From the NCBI GenBank assembly GCA_964016885.1, contig OZ024740.1:224378001-224442000 (forward strand): DNA of 64,000 bases, given 5' to 3'. Shown piece by piece: positions 11,787 through 23,178 of the stretch (positions are counted from its first letter, which is position 1; each line of letters begins with the position of its first letter). The translations under genes were made by a program, and so were the position numbers. The notes beneath the pieces are model-generated. The model was not told where the DNA came from. It made no database searches and was given only the letters and a program-made list of their open reading frames with translations. Source of the DNA: Eledone cirrhosa. Taxonomy: Eukaryota.

Positions 11787-11988
11787 CTCTTATATGTATA
11801 TAGTAATAATAATATATAGTAATAATATATAGTAATAATAATATATAGTAATAATAATAAATTTGAAGACTAAAATCTAAAGAGGGCTCGATAAAGATAA
11901 ATAAGATCCCGTTAAGAGTGAAAGCAGCGATTCTTTGCTTAAACTTTAATCTGTTATTTTAATAAATAAATATATATATATATATATA

Positions 11989-12029
<41 letters not shown>

Positions 12030-12067
12030 ATATATATATGTATATATATAATATATATATATATAAC

Positions 12068-12337
12068 ATCCAGTCCAAACCAAAAAGGTCTGTAGGTGTC
12101 ACAACAAAAAGCACCCAGTCCACTCTGTAAAGTGGTTATATAGGAGACTCGGTAAAAACGCTTCCAGTCCACACTGTAAATGTGGTTGGTGTTAGCAAGG
12201 GCATCCAGCCATAGAAAACCTGCCAGATACAGTCCTATACGAGTGAGACATGGTCACCTGATCAATCTTGCCTCAAGTGAGACAAATCGCTTGTAACCCA
12301 TGCTAGCGAGGAAGATGGATGTTAAACGATGATGATG
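12068..12337 (+). mobile_element. RTE LINE 3' UTR fragment
   Basis: GGTTGGTGTTAG..AGGGCATCCAGC motif and GTTAAACGATGATGATGA tail; homologous to 50150-50410. Confidence 0.7.
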
Positions 12338-12375
12338 AGGAGGATACATACATACATATATACATACATATATAT

Positions 12376-13793
12376 CTAAGGCGGGTAAAATTCACGAGAT
12401 CCATGGACGAGTTCTCTCCAGCGGTCTCTGTCCCTCATTATCGCTGCCATGTCCTGCATCTCCAACAGACCAGTGTCTGTCCTTAGGGCATCAACATACA
12501 TTAACCTTGGTCTTCCTCTTCTAGTGTGTCCATGTAGGGGCTCCCAAAGGAGTACTGAGTGCAATGTCAACTCTGGATGTCGGTGAGCATGTCCAGCTAA
12601 CCTCAGTCTCCTCTGTGTCACTTTTGAGCTGACTTTTGGGATGCTCCCATACAGCTCTGAGTTTTTCATCCTCAGTGTATACTGATTAATGTTCAGAGCC
12701 ATCCTCAGCATTCTCGTGTAGCACCCATCCACCATCTGAGTGAGTTTCTTGGTCAGTGTCCAAGTCTCAGACCCATACAGCAGCACAGACTCCACTACAG
12801 CAATGAAGAGGCGGACTTTCAGGTCTCTACGAAGGTCCGACTTCCACACCGATCTCAAGCTGTGGCATGCTCTTCCTCTCAACCACATCATCTTCCGTAT
12901 TCCCAATCTTTGCTCCCAAATACAGGAACTCCTCAACCAATTCCAGCGGCTTCCCGCCTACAAAGGTGATGAAGAGGTGTGATTTTGATGATATCATCCT
13001 GGGGTTCTGTAACGGGGCACTGGAGAAAGGAGTTGCCCCGAATCAGTGGAGGATCAGTAACATCATCCCAGTGCCAAAGAAGGGAGATCTCTCTAACACC
13101 AACAACTACCGGGGGATCTCACTGACGTCACTTGTGGCAAAGACCTTCAACAGGATGATTCTTAACAGGATCCAGCCTGAGATGGAGAAGAAGCTCAGGG
13201 ACAACCAGAACGGCTTCAGATAGGGTAGATCAACCACCAGTCACATCCCGATGCTGAGGAGGATATTAGAGGGAGGTAGAGCAAAGTGCCTTCCTGCGGT
13301 CATGGTTTTCATTGACTTTAGGAGGGCCTTTGATTCTGTGGACCGTTACTGCCTGATGAAGATCTTACAGGCTTATGGAATCCCCAAGAAGATAGTGGAC
13401 CTGATATCACTGCTCTACACCAACACCAAAACCCAAGTCATTACACCTGATGGGATGACAGAGTTCTTTGAGATACTGGCTTGCGTGCTCCAGGGAGATA
13501 CATTGGCTTCCTACCTTTTTATCATCGTAGTGGACTATTGTATGCGCCTTGCACTGGAGAAACACCAGGACTCTGGCTTTACTGTAGCACCGGCTCAGAG
13601 CAGGAGACTTAGGGCAAAAAAGGTATCGGATGCTGAATTTGCCGACAACATAGTTTTGGTGACAAATACAGTGAAGGAGGCAGAGGATTTGATGCGGGAG
13701 GTTGAGACTGTGTCGATGAGTGTGGGGCTGAGAATGAATGAGACTAAAACAAAATATCTGGTAGAGAATGTTGAGAAGCCAGAGGGGATCACA
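12376..13793. mobile_element. RTE-clade LINE copy with 5' inversion (RT on +, C-terminus on -)
   Basis: + strand ~12880-13793: IIPVPKKGD, NYRGISL, QNGFR*GRST, FIDFRRAFDSV, VLQGDTL, EFADN. - strand 12376-~12880: ESVLLYGSETWTL, RLRLAGHAHRH, RRGRP. One in-frame stop at 13221-13223. Confidence 0.85.
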
Positions 13794-13794
13794 C

Positions 13795-15108
13795 ATCATC
13801 ATCATCATCATCATCAACGTTTAACGTCCGTGTTCCACGCTTGCATGGGTTTGGACGGGGGTAGTCCCACTTGAGGCAAGAGTGATTGTCTTGCTCGCAT
13901 AGGACTGTCTGGCAGGTTTTCTACAGTTGGATGCCCTTCCTAACACCAACCACATTTACAGTGTGGGTCTGGGAGGTTTTTACCGTGTTGCCTACACGGC
14001 CACATTACAGCGTGGACTGTGTGTTTTTTTGTCGTGACACCTACACGATCTCATTTGTTTCGGCCTCGATGGCGCGGCACCAACATAACTTTACATAGGA
14101 CGGGGTGGTGTGGATGGGTGGGGGTGGTGGCGGGACGGGGTGTATTTTGTTAGAGATGCCTACTGGCAAGGCGGGTCTTCTCTGTTACTGAGTACCGCCA
14201 AAGGTCTCGGTCCAGTGACATTGTCTTGGAGAGGTGTAAGTGTGTGAGGTCGGAGTTTATCAGCTCGTCCCAGGTTTTTCTAGGTCTGCCTATTCCGTGG
14301 CTACCGTCTATCTTTATTGCCCTGCACTTTGTTATACAGCTATCGACTTTCATGCGCATCACGTGTCCATACCAACGTAGCCTTCTCTCGAGTAAACAAC
14401 ATCTGATCCCTCTTATCTCTAATTTTTTCCTTAGTTCGTTTATGCTTTGCCGTTCACGTATATTACTGTTACACATCCAGCGGAGCATGCAAGCTTCGTT
14501 CCTCTCTAGTCTGCGTATATCCTCTGCACACAATGCCCAGGTCTCACTGCCATGCAACATTGCTGTTCGTATGCAGGCATCGTACAACCTGCCTTTCATT
14601 TTTAGGGAGAACCCTTTAGCAGCTAATAGTGGTATAAGCTCTCTGAACTTTTTCCAACCAGTTCTGACTCTAGCTACAGTACTTTCAGAGCACCCTCCCC
14701 CACTGCTGATATTATCGCCCAGGTAACGGAAGCTGTCCACTATTTCTATAGAACCCTCTGCGCAATTGAAAGAGCTAGTATTTTGTGGGCACTTGCTGCT
14801 ACTTATTGCACCAGAACACCGGCCACATGTAAAATCTATGTTCTTAGTTAGCTTACCTGTGATCCCACTACATCTTTTATGCACCCATACTTTGCATTTA
14901 GGACATAAAATGGAGTTTCTACCTACGCCTTTCCTACACACCGAGCACGACCATTTCACAGAAGGGACCGCCGCCTTGTTTTCTTTCCTACAAACTAGAA
15001 CTTTGGTCTTAGCCAGGTTAATTTTAAGTCCTTTTGACTCTAGGCCGTGCTTCCATGTTTGGAATTTCTTCTCTAGCTCGACCATTGATTCCGCTATGAG
15101 TGTCAGGT
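13795..15108 (-). mobile_element. 5'-truncated RTE LINE (ORF 14150-15085) with 3' UTR and (GAT)n tail
   Basis: ORF has [11 protein letters not shown], a C4HC3 finger, [28 protein letters not shown] and GRPRKTW; (CAT)n at 13795-13815 is the tail. Confidence 0.9.
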
Positions 15109-15109
15109 C

Positions 15110-15185
<76 letters not shown>

Positions 15186-15355
15186 ATATATATATATATA
15201 TATACATATATATATGCATATATACATATACATACATATATATATATATATATATAGTTGTTTCTACTTTTGGCACAATGCCAGCAATTACCCAGTGCAT
15301 TACTGGTACTTTATTTTATTGACCCAGTAAGGATGAAAGGCAAAGTTAACAATGA

Positions 15356-15386
<31 letters not shown>

Positions 15387-15542
15387 GTAACAAAATAATT
15401 AAAAATACAGGGAAAATATATCATAAAAATGGCAACACCCAGGAACAATATAGACATAAAATCCCTTTTATCAACTTTCTATAACAGCTTACTATTATTT
15501 TAGCATTTAGAACAGATCTGCAATTGATAGCCATGCTATGTA

Positions 15543-15727
15543 ACATTTAATGGATCTAACTCATCAGTGATATACAAACAACACAAGTTACAGATAAATC
15601 TGATGAGTCATTTAAGCACGATGACACAATAGTAACATTTAAGGATCTAACTCATCAGTGATATACAAACAACACAAGTTACAGATAAATCTGATGAGTC
15701 ATTTAAGCAAGATGACACAATAGTAAC
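15543..15727. repeat. 91-bp tandem duplication
   Basis: GGATCTAACTCATCAGTGATATAC... starts at 15552 and again at 15643; the copies are nearly identical. Confidence 0.85.
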
Positions 15728-15909
15728 TACAATTAGCATCCATGAATAATGGACATTGTTAGGGAGAGGGTTAGGCTCCGCCAGGTTTAAAAGTGCCCTA
15801 GACATGCCATATGAGGTGCCTCTACAACTCCACAAGGAGTTATGGTTTTTAAATCTTTTTCTCCTATCTCTCTCTCTCTTTCTGTCTCTCTCTCTCTATA
15901 TATATATTT

Positions 15910-16398
15910 ATGTCAAGTCACTCTCGTGACAGTACAACCTGTCTCATTGTAGGGTCATCGGCAACTCCACCAAGCTTGGTTGGTGAGGAGGGTGATATTT
16001 GGACACCCTGTGGTATGAAATACAAGATCCGGCAAAGGGCGGAGATAACTAGCAGAGTCACTGGCCATCCAAATAGTACTTATCTTTTTCACCCCGGGAG
16101 TGAAAGTCCCCCCCCCCCCCCCCCCCCCCCCAGTTGTTGTCACAACACCTTTCTAAGAGACGGAAATTCTAAAAACACCTGCGGCTTCGGAAATATCCGA
16201 TGATGTTGACCAGTTCTCCTTTTCGGAGAATGGGATTGGTTGATTGCAAGGCCTTTATCCACTTAAACAAACCTTCAAAGCACAGGCATTGCTTGTTCAG
16301 GATATGTACAGGATGGTCTGGCTAGCCGTAGCCTAAAGGTGCACCATTTTCTGTAATCTGACAAGTGATTGCAATACTCTTAGCAGAGTTTGCAGCCA

Positions 16399-16400
<2 letters not shown>
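15910..16400 (+). mobile_element. Second non-autonomous RTE(BovB)-like bipartite element
   Basis: Homologous to 640-1248 at both ends; followed by (AT)n. Confidence 0.6.
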
Positions 16401-16429
<29 letters not shown>

Positions 16430-16432
<3 letters not shown>

Positions 16433-16775
16433 TCATCATTTCATCATCATTTCATTTTAAGTCCGCTTTTCCCTGCTAGCAAGGGTGGGACGGGAACTGA
16501 TTCTGGCTTGATTTCTACAGCTGGATGCCCTTCCTAACACCAACCTCATTTACAGTGAGTGCTGGGTGCTTTTTTGCTGTGGGACCTCCACGACCACTTT
16601 GCAGTGGAATGATATGGACCCCTGTCCTATCATCTCATTTCTACAGCTGAGTAAACTGGAGCAATGTGAAATATAGTGTCTTGCTCAAGGAAACAAGACA
16701 ACACCCAGTCTGAGAATTGAACTCACAACCTTTCGATTGCAAGGCCAATGATCTAACCACTAAGCCATGTGCCTC
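16430..16775 (-). mobile_element. Full-length CORE-type SINE with RTE-derived 3' tail
   Basis: tRNA-like head, CORE-like CCTTGAGCAAGACACT...GCTCCAGTTTACTCAGCTGTAGAAATG, RTE 3'UTR motif GGTGTTAGGAAGGGCATCCAGC and an (ATG)n tail; paralogue at 40285-40576. Confidence 0.8.
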
Positions 16776-16782
16776 CATTGAT

Positions 16783-16822
<40 letters not shown>

Positions 16823-19222
16823 ATCAATATGGTTGTCACTGCATATCAAGTATGAATTGCTTGTATATACTATACTTTTGCGAAATGTTATATTTGCCCA
16901 TGCAGTCACAAGCATACATAGGTACCCTCATGGCCCTCTTTCCTTAGGTTTAGCAGAACATGCCAGATGTAAAAGCTGGATGGAGAGAAGATGGTGAGAT
17001 GGATTCATAGTATCATGACTTATAGTATGGAGTTAGATAACTACTACCGATTAGTCGCAATATCGATTTATCATGATCAATGAAACTTCTGAAATGATTT
17101 TAAAACAATGAACTAATTAATCAATTAAATTTGCCTTTTGTTTTCATTGTTCAGTATATATATGGCCTTAGGAAAGTTCTTCAACCGTAGGAACCATAGC
17201 AAATGTATGAGAATGACGTAATCACCTGGCCTGTCTAGTCTCATAAAGGGGCTCATCCACCCAACCCAAGCAAGGAAAACAGATGTCAAACAGTGACGAT
17301 GATGGAGATATATATGTATATATATTTATGTATATTTTTGAAGTCATCTATAGGATTTACATCCTATTCTTCTCACACACAGATATACGTTTTTCACAAA
17401 GAGCATATTTAACTGTATGTACCCGTGTGCTTATTTACACATGCATACACACACGCTCACATACACAATAACAACAGCACACAATCACACACATATATAT
17501 GCACACATATACATAATGTGAATGTACGCTTTATGAAAAAAAATGTTCTGTGTGTAGGAAGAATAAATTGTAAATCCTAAAGGGTACTTCATAAATATAA
17601 TGAATATGTTCCTGAAATAATTTTAAAAAGCCTTGCAGTGACACTTTTTAGAGTGACACATCAAAAATGAAAAAACAACCTATAGATGCATATATCTCAA
17701 CAAACTATAAAAGTTAATGAAGAACACGTTATTAAACATTTTCCAAAGACATGGAAGGAAGGACACACTACAAATTATTACATAAATTATCTATAAAAAA
17801 AACTGCTATATAAAGAAAATCTACTGAAAACTAAAAACAATATATTTTAAAGTAATTAATATTTTGCTACTGACATTCCAAACCAGAAGACCATAATAAA
17901 TTTTGTATATGAGCTAGTTAACATTCATAAACTGAGATGAAATGACAGGCTACCTTCAAAAACAGAACAAAATGTCTATTGCGGAAGACTGTTAAAGCTA
18001 AACATGAATTATGATGGAGTCATCAGTTTGCTGTAAAATAGAATAATGAAACTATATCAACATAAGTCAGAATGCAAATTTAGTTGTGGTATTAATTATT
18101 TGTTATTGTTCAGGCAGTAAAAGATAGTGAATGGCAAAAAATGAAATGTACAAAACTGAATAATTTCCAATATATAGTTATGTCCCATTACATTCACTGT
18201 TCAAATCTTTCTGGGGTTGATTTTGATTTTTAATTCACTAGGTTCTCTTTTTTTATATGCTATCATCATTAGCATCATCATCGTTTAATGTCCATATTCC
18301 ACACTAGCATGGGTTAGATGGGTTTTGAACCAAGTGACCATGTCTTACTCATATAAAACTGTTCTGGCTAGGTTTCTATGACTGGATATCTTTCCTAATG
18401 CTAATTAATAATTTTGAACAATAATTTTGTTAGACATTTGAACTGAATGAGAAGTTTATTAAATAATAATCATTTGTCTTTTTTGTTTAGCCACTAGTCA
18501 GTGCCGATTAAACTATGGCCATCCTGAGTTTTGTTGATTTCTATTTTTCAAAGAAACTTTGTTTACTAAATATTATCTAATTGTTCTTTTTAAAGTTGCT
18601 AAAGTTTGCTTTGAGATAGAATTAGTTACTATTTCTAGCTGGTCAAGCAACAACATATAGTCTAGGTTGTTGGCCAGTTACTGGTGATGACATCATTATC
18701 AATATCATCATCATAATCAACACTACCATCATCATCATCATCTTCATCAACACTGGCTTGTCTATTCTCCATGCAAGCATAAGGTAGACAAGTTATCATG
18801 TTCTGAGATATGAGACATCAAATGATCAGGCCTGCTTATACATTCTAGTTCCGTATGATTTCTACTGTCTTCCTTAAGATTAAACATTTTTAATGGTAAA
18901 TTGGGTGCATTTTATAATAGCACCAGGACTACCACTTTACAAGTAGTTTTAAATGAATTTAACCATGGCGCCAGCACTGCCATCTTTTAGGGTGAGATGG
19001 GTGCATTTTGTTGTGGCTACAGATCCACTACTACAAGATTAAAATGTGGTGATGAGAGAGTGGGTGAGAGCATAGCATATGGGATACTGTAGAAGCAATG
19101 GCAGGTACATCCTGCTTGTTATGAGAGCTATCTCTCAGGGAGGGTGAATGAGGTCATGTATCAAGTTATGAAAGCAACCTTCAAAGTAAGAAGTTCCAAA
19201 ACATTTAAAAGTAATTATTTAA

Positions 19223-19444
19223 CCCTTTCGCATTTAAATCTGCTGCATCTGGCCAGAATTCTTTCTCCCCTTTCTGTTCAAACCGGCTGTAACCAGCCGC
19301 TCATAATTATGTTAAGGTTTTGTTCTCAAAATACATAATATCAAAAATCTCATAGATTCGATAATATGTGAGATAATTATGTGAGGTAAAGCCTTAACCA
19401 TGAACATATAAGAGTAGATATAGAGTAATGTAAACGCTAAAGGG
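19223..19444. mobile_element. piggyBac-type MITE
   Basis: TTAA|CCCTTTCGCATTTA ... TAAACGCTAAAGGG|TTAA; second copy at 22438-22640. Confidence 0.8.
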
Positions 19445-19989
19445 TTAAAGTAATTATTTGATAAACATTTATATTTAAAAAAAATTCTTTAAAGACATTA
19501 ATTTATAATTTTAAAGGAGATATTTAAGAAATGTAAATAAATATTGATAAAAAATATTGAATGTTTAAAATTAAGGAAATAGCTTAAAATATGTTTTTAC
19601 TTGAAGAATATATTCAGTTTTCAAGCTTCTTTGCATATCTGTTTGAGATTCCATGCTCCCTCATTATCTAAATCCCAACACCTTTATCTTTCCTGCATTC
19701 ACATGCTTGACACCCCCTTTCCAGTGTTGGTCTTACCTATAAGCTATACCTTAGGGTCACTCACTGTCAAGGGCATCATTTAAAAAAAATATATTTTGTA
19801 TGTTATTATTAGTTTTTATGGTTTAACATTAACTCGTAAAAAATTCCAGCTGTAGGAAACCAGCCAGAAACAGTCCTGTATGAGCGAGACCTGGTCACCC
19901 AATGTAACTTGCCTCAAATGGGACAAACCCATCCAACCCATGCTAGAGTGGAAACTAGACATTAACCGATGATGATATATATATATATA

Positions 19990-21366
19990 GGTGGTACACA
20001 CAAGAGGTTCTGAGACATTTATTTAACTCAAATCAGCACAAAACTCTAATCCTCTTCAAAGCAGGATCCTCCGACTTCAATGCACAATGTGAAGGTATGT
20101 AGGGCACTCGTGACAGCCTCCTTCTTGCCCCCCATATCCTCAAAGCAGATAACCCCAAAATTCTCCATCAGCTTTGAGAACATCCAGAAATTGTACAGGG
20201 CTAAGTCTCAAATGTAGGGAGGATGAGGGACAGTTTGATTTCTATATTTGCCAAGTAGTTAGTCACCATGATGTATTTGTGACAGGGGGCATTGTCATGG
20301 TGCAGGTGCCACTTACCAGACTGGGTCTACTGTTATAATCCAAAGACTAAGAGACTGAGTGCCCAGTGGAAACATTCTGACTCCCCAAGATGCAAGAACG
20401 CCAGGCAAAGTAAATCCACTGGGAAGCTCATGATGATCCCATTCTTTGACAGCAAGGGCACCATCTCATCGACTGGGTCCCCCACAGCCAGACAGTCTAG
20501 AAAGAATACAATGTAGAGGTTTTGGGGCTGTTCAGAAAGAGATTGTGTTGCAAGAGACCAGAAATCTTCAAGTCTGGTCTCTTGCAGTGGATCTACTTTG
20601 CCTGGCTTTCTTGGGTCTTGGGGAGTCAGAATGTTTCCACTGGGCACTCAGTCTCTTAGTCTATGGATTATAACAGTAGACCCAGCTCTCAACACAGGTT
20701 ACCAGAAACTCAAGGACACTTGGATTCAAAGTGACACACTCGACCATCTCCCTATTGTTGCCTGTGCCTTGCATCTTCATTGAGCAGCCTGGGAACAAAC
20801 TTTGCAAAAACTTTGCACATGCTCAGATCGTCATGAATGAGTCTATGCACAGTGCTTTCAGCCACTTCAAATTGTTTAGCAATCATCAGAAGAGATGCAC
20901 GAGGGCCTTACCCAGAAAGTTGTGAATTTTGTCAAGCAACTTTGGTGTGCTGATGTCCCTCTCCCTGCCACACCTCTCATCATTCCTCATCTGTTTCCTG
21001 CCCTCCTGGAACCTTTTGTGCCAGCGGAAAACAGTTGCCTTGCTCATGAAAGTTAGTCTGTAAGTGATTTTGACCATTTCATATGTTTCTGCCGCATTTT
21101 TCTTGAGCTTAACACAAAACTTTATTGAATATTGGGCCTCCAAGTAGTCCTCACATTCTGACTGCATTGTGAAACAGTCAGCTGTGACAAGACATATATG
21201 ATAGGTAGTGTTTAAAGTGCTGTAGTGGCCTTAACCTTCTATCTGGAAAAAAAAAGATTTGTAATGTTAGCTTAGTATAACAATATGAAGGGGCTTTTCT
21301 AGTAACAGTTACATGGCTCAATTAAAAGTGCTTAAAAAGAAAATTTCTCAAAACTTCTTGAGTGTA
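19990..21366 (-). mobile_element. Decayed mariner (Tc1/mariner) transposon with internal inverted duplication
   Basis: N-terminal HTH ORF 20886-21167 (IKFCVKLKKNAAETYEM...VFRWHKRFQEGR...DERCGR); WVYCYNP, HHDNAPCH and PHPPY.xDLA relics; imperfect TIRs CACACAAGAGGTTCTGAGACATTT / revcomp CACTCAAGAAGTTTTGAGAAATTT next to TA. Confidence 0.9.
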
Positions 21367-21382
21367 GCTGGTGTGTATATAA

Positions 21383-21437
<55 letters not shown>

Positions 21438-21854
21438 TTTCGTTTCTGAATTTGTTTAGCAAGATTCTTTATATGAAATCGTGTGTTGAAACCGATATTG
21501 TTATACTTTGGGAGGGTCATGTTGTCAATAAGAAACACACGCACCAGTTGCTTTCACTTCAATTTATTATATATATATAAATGGAATAGAATGAAACGAA
21601 ATTTCATTTCTCACTCTTAGTACGGCACTTACTTAAATGTAAGTATGTATGTATACGTACATACATATATGTATACAGACGTACAGTAGTATGTATATAT
21701 ATATACATACATGCACACATATATATATGCACATATCGGTTTACTGAACATTTATTATAATGCTCGGTTTTTTTGTTTGTAAACAAACAGCCCGAATTAC
21801 GCCGTACAGTGTTTAGGCAACCACGTCAGCTTTTTGTTCAACACTGACACAGGA

Positions 21855-21897
21855 ACGATATACTAGTTTCAAGCTTATTAGCTATCGTCAGCATCGT
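21855..21897 (-). ncRNA. Minimal type I hammerhead ribozyme motif
   Basis: Minus strand ACGATG-CTGACGA-TAGCT aata AGCTT-GAAA-CTAG-TA-TATCGT: 6-bp stem I, intact core, palindromic stem III. Confidence 0.75.
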
Positions 21898-21930
21898 ATA
21901 CTTTTCTGTCAGATGGTTGAACGTCTGAAA

Positions 21931-22045
21931 GTATATACTTTCCTTATGCATATTAACGGCTGAGCAGCTTCATTTGCATATCGAATGAGTTAGTCGGCCG
22001 GGCGCACCGAAATATAAATTTAATATGCATAAGGAAAGTATATAC
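21931..22045. repeat. 115-bp fold-back/MITE-like element with perfect 26-bp inverted repeats
   Basis: GTATATACTTTCCTTATGCATATTAA (21931-21956) vs its reverse complement (22020-22045). Confidence 0.75.
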
Positions 22046-22437
22046 AGTAATGCTAAACTCAATAGCCTTAAGTCCTAAAGCCACCTAAAACATATCTGTT
22101 TCTACAATAATGTTTATTTTTAAGACTTTCTGTCATAATCTTATGTAAGCACATTAATTTAGTTATGTTCAAATGTCATACATTTTTCTTTGTATCATTG
22201 ACACAAGGCCAGCAATTTGGGGGAAGGGAAAAGTCAATTATAACAACCCCTGAACTTAGCTGATACTTTATTTTATGAACTCTAGAAGGATGGAAGGCAA
22301 AGTTGACCATTAAATAAACCTATTACTCTATCGCTCCAAATTGTTAAGTATTTTCAAAATCATTAGAAAATAATATTTTCCAAATATAGTAATGGAATGT
22401 TTAATATATATCTGCTCTATTTGTTAGATTGATGGAT

Positions 22438-22640
22438 CCTTTAGCATTTAAACTGACTATATCTAGCCAGAATTCTCTCACATCTTGCTGTGCAAATCAG
22501 TCATAACTGGCCATTCATATTGATGTTAAGGTATTGTTCTCAAAGTAAATAATATCAAAAATCTCATAGATTCGATATTATGTGAGATAAAGCCTTTACC
22601 ACGAAAATACTATAGAATATACAGAGTAAATTCTAAAGGG
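22438..22640. mobile_element. piggyBac-type MITE, second copy
   Basis: Homologous to 19223-19444; ends AAAGGG|TTAA. Confidence 0.7.
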
Positions 22641-23113
22641 TTAAAACAGTTATGAATACATCTGCCTTTGTAGAAAGGTGTTGCATTTTGTCTTGTCATA
22701 GTGCTAATCTACTTTCCACACACCAGGGAGAGGCCCAGGAGAGGTTTTATTGATTTACTCATCAATGACTCAAACATAAAACAGATAATGATGGTTTATA
22801 TAATTACCAGTAGCAAATCATATTTTATATGACCTATTCCTTACCTATAAGATATTGAATAAGGTATAGAAATTCTAGAAACAGTAAAAAAATAGCTGTC
22901 AAAATATATTACCCATTCTAATTGATTGTCTTATTATTTATATATTTTATATTGTGTTTCATTCTTGTTAATATGTTCGTGTCTAGACCAGTCTAGAATT
23001 AAAACACGAGAGTATTTAACCTCTGTTGATACTGGTATGCCTGTTGTTCTCTACTGATGTTATTATTCTTGAGGGTACAGAAAATGCTTTGAATTGCTTT
23101 TTAAAAAATTATT

Positions 23114-23178
<65 letters not shown>

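Noticed and set aside
16700-16775. tRNA-like sequence with A/B boxes (also ~8625, 30715, 40500)
   Set aside because: These are SINE heads followed by CORE-like bodies, with no complete acceptor stem.
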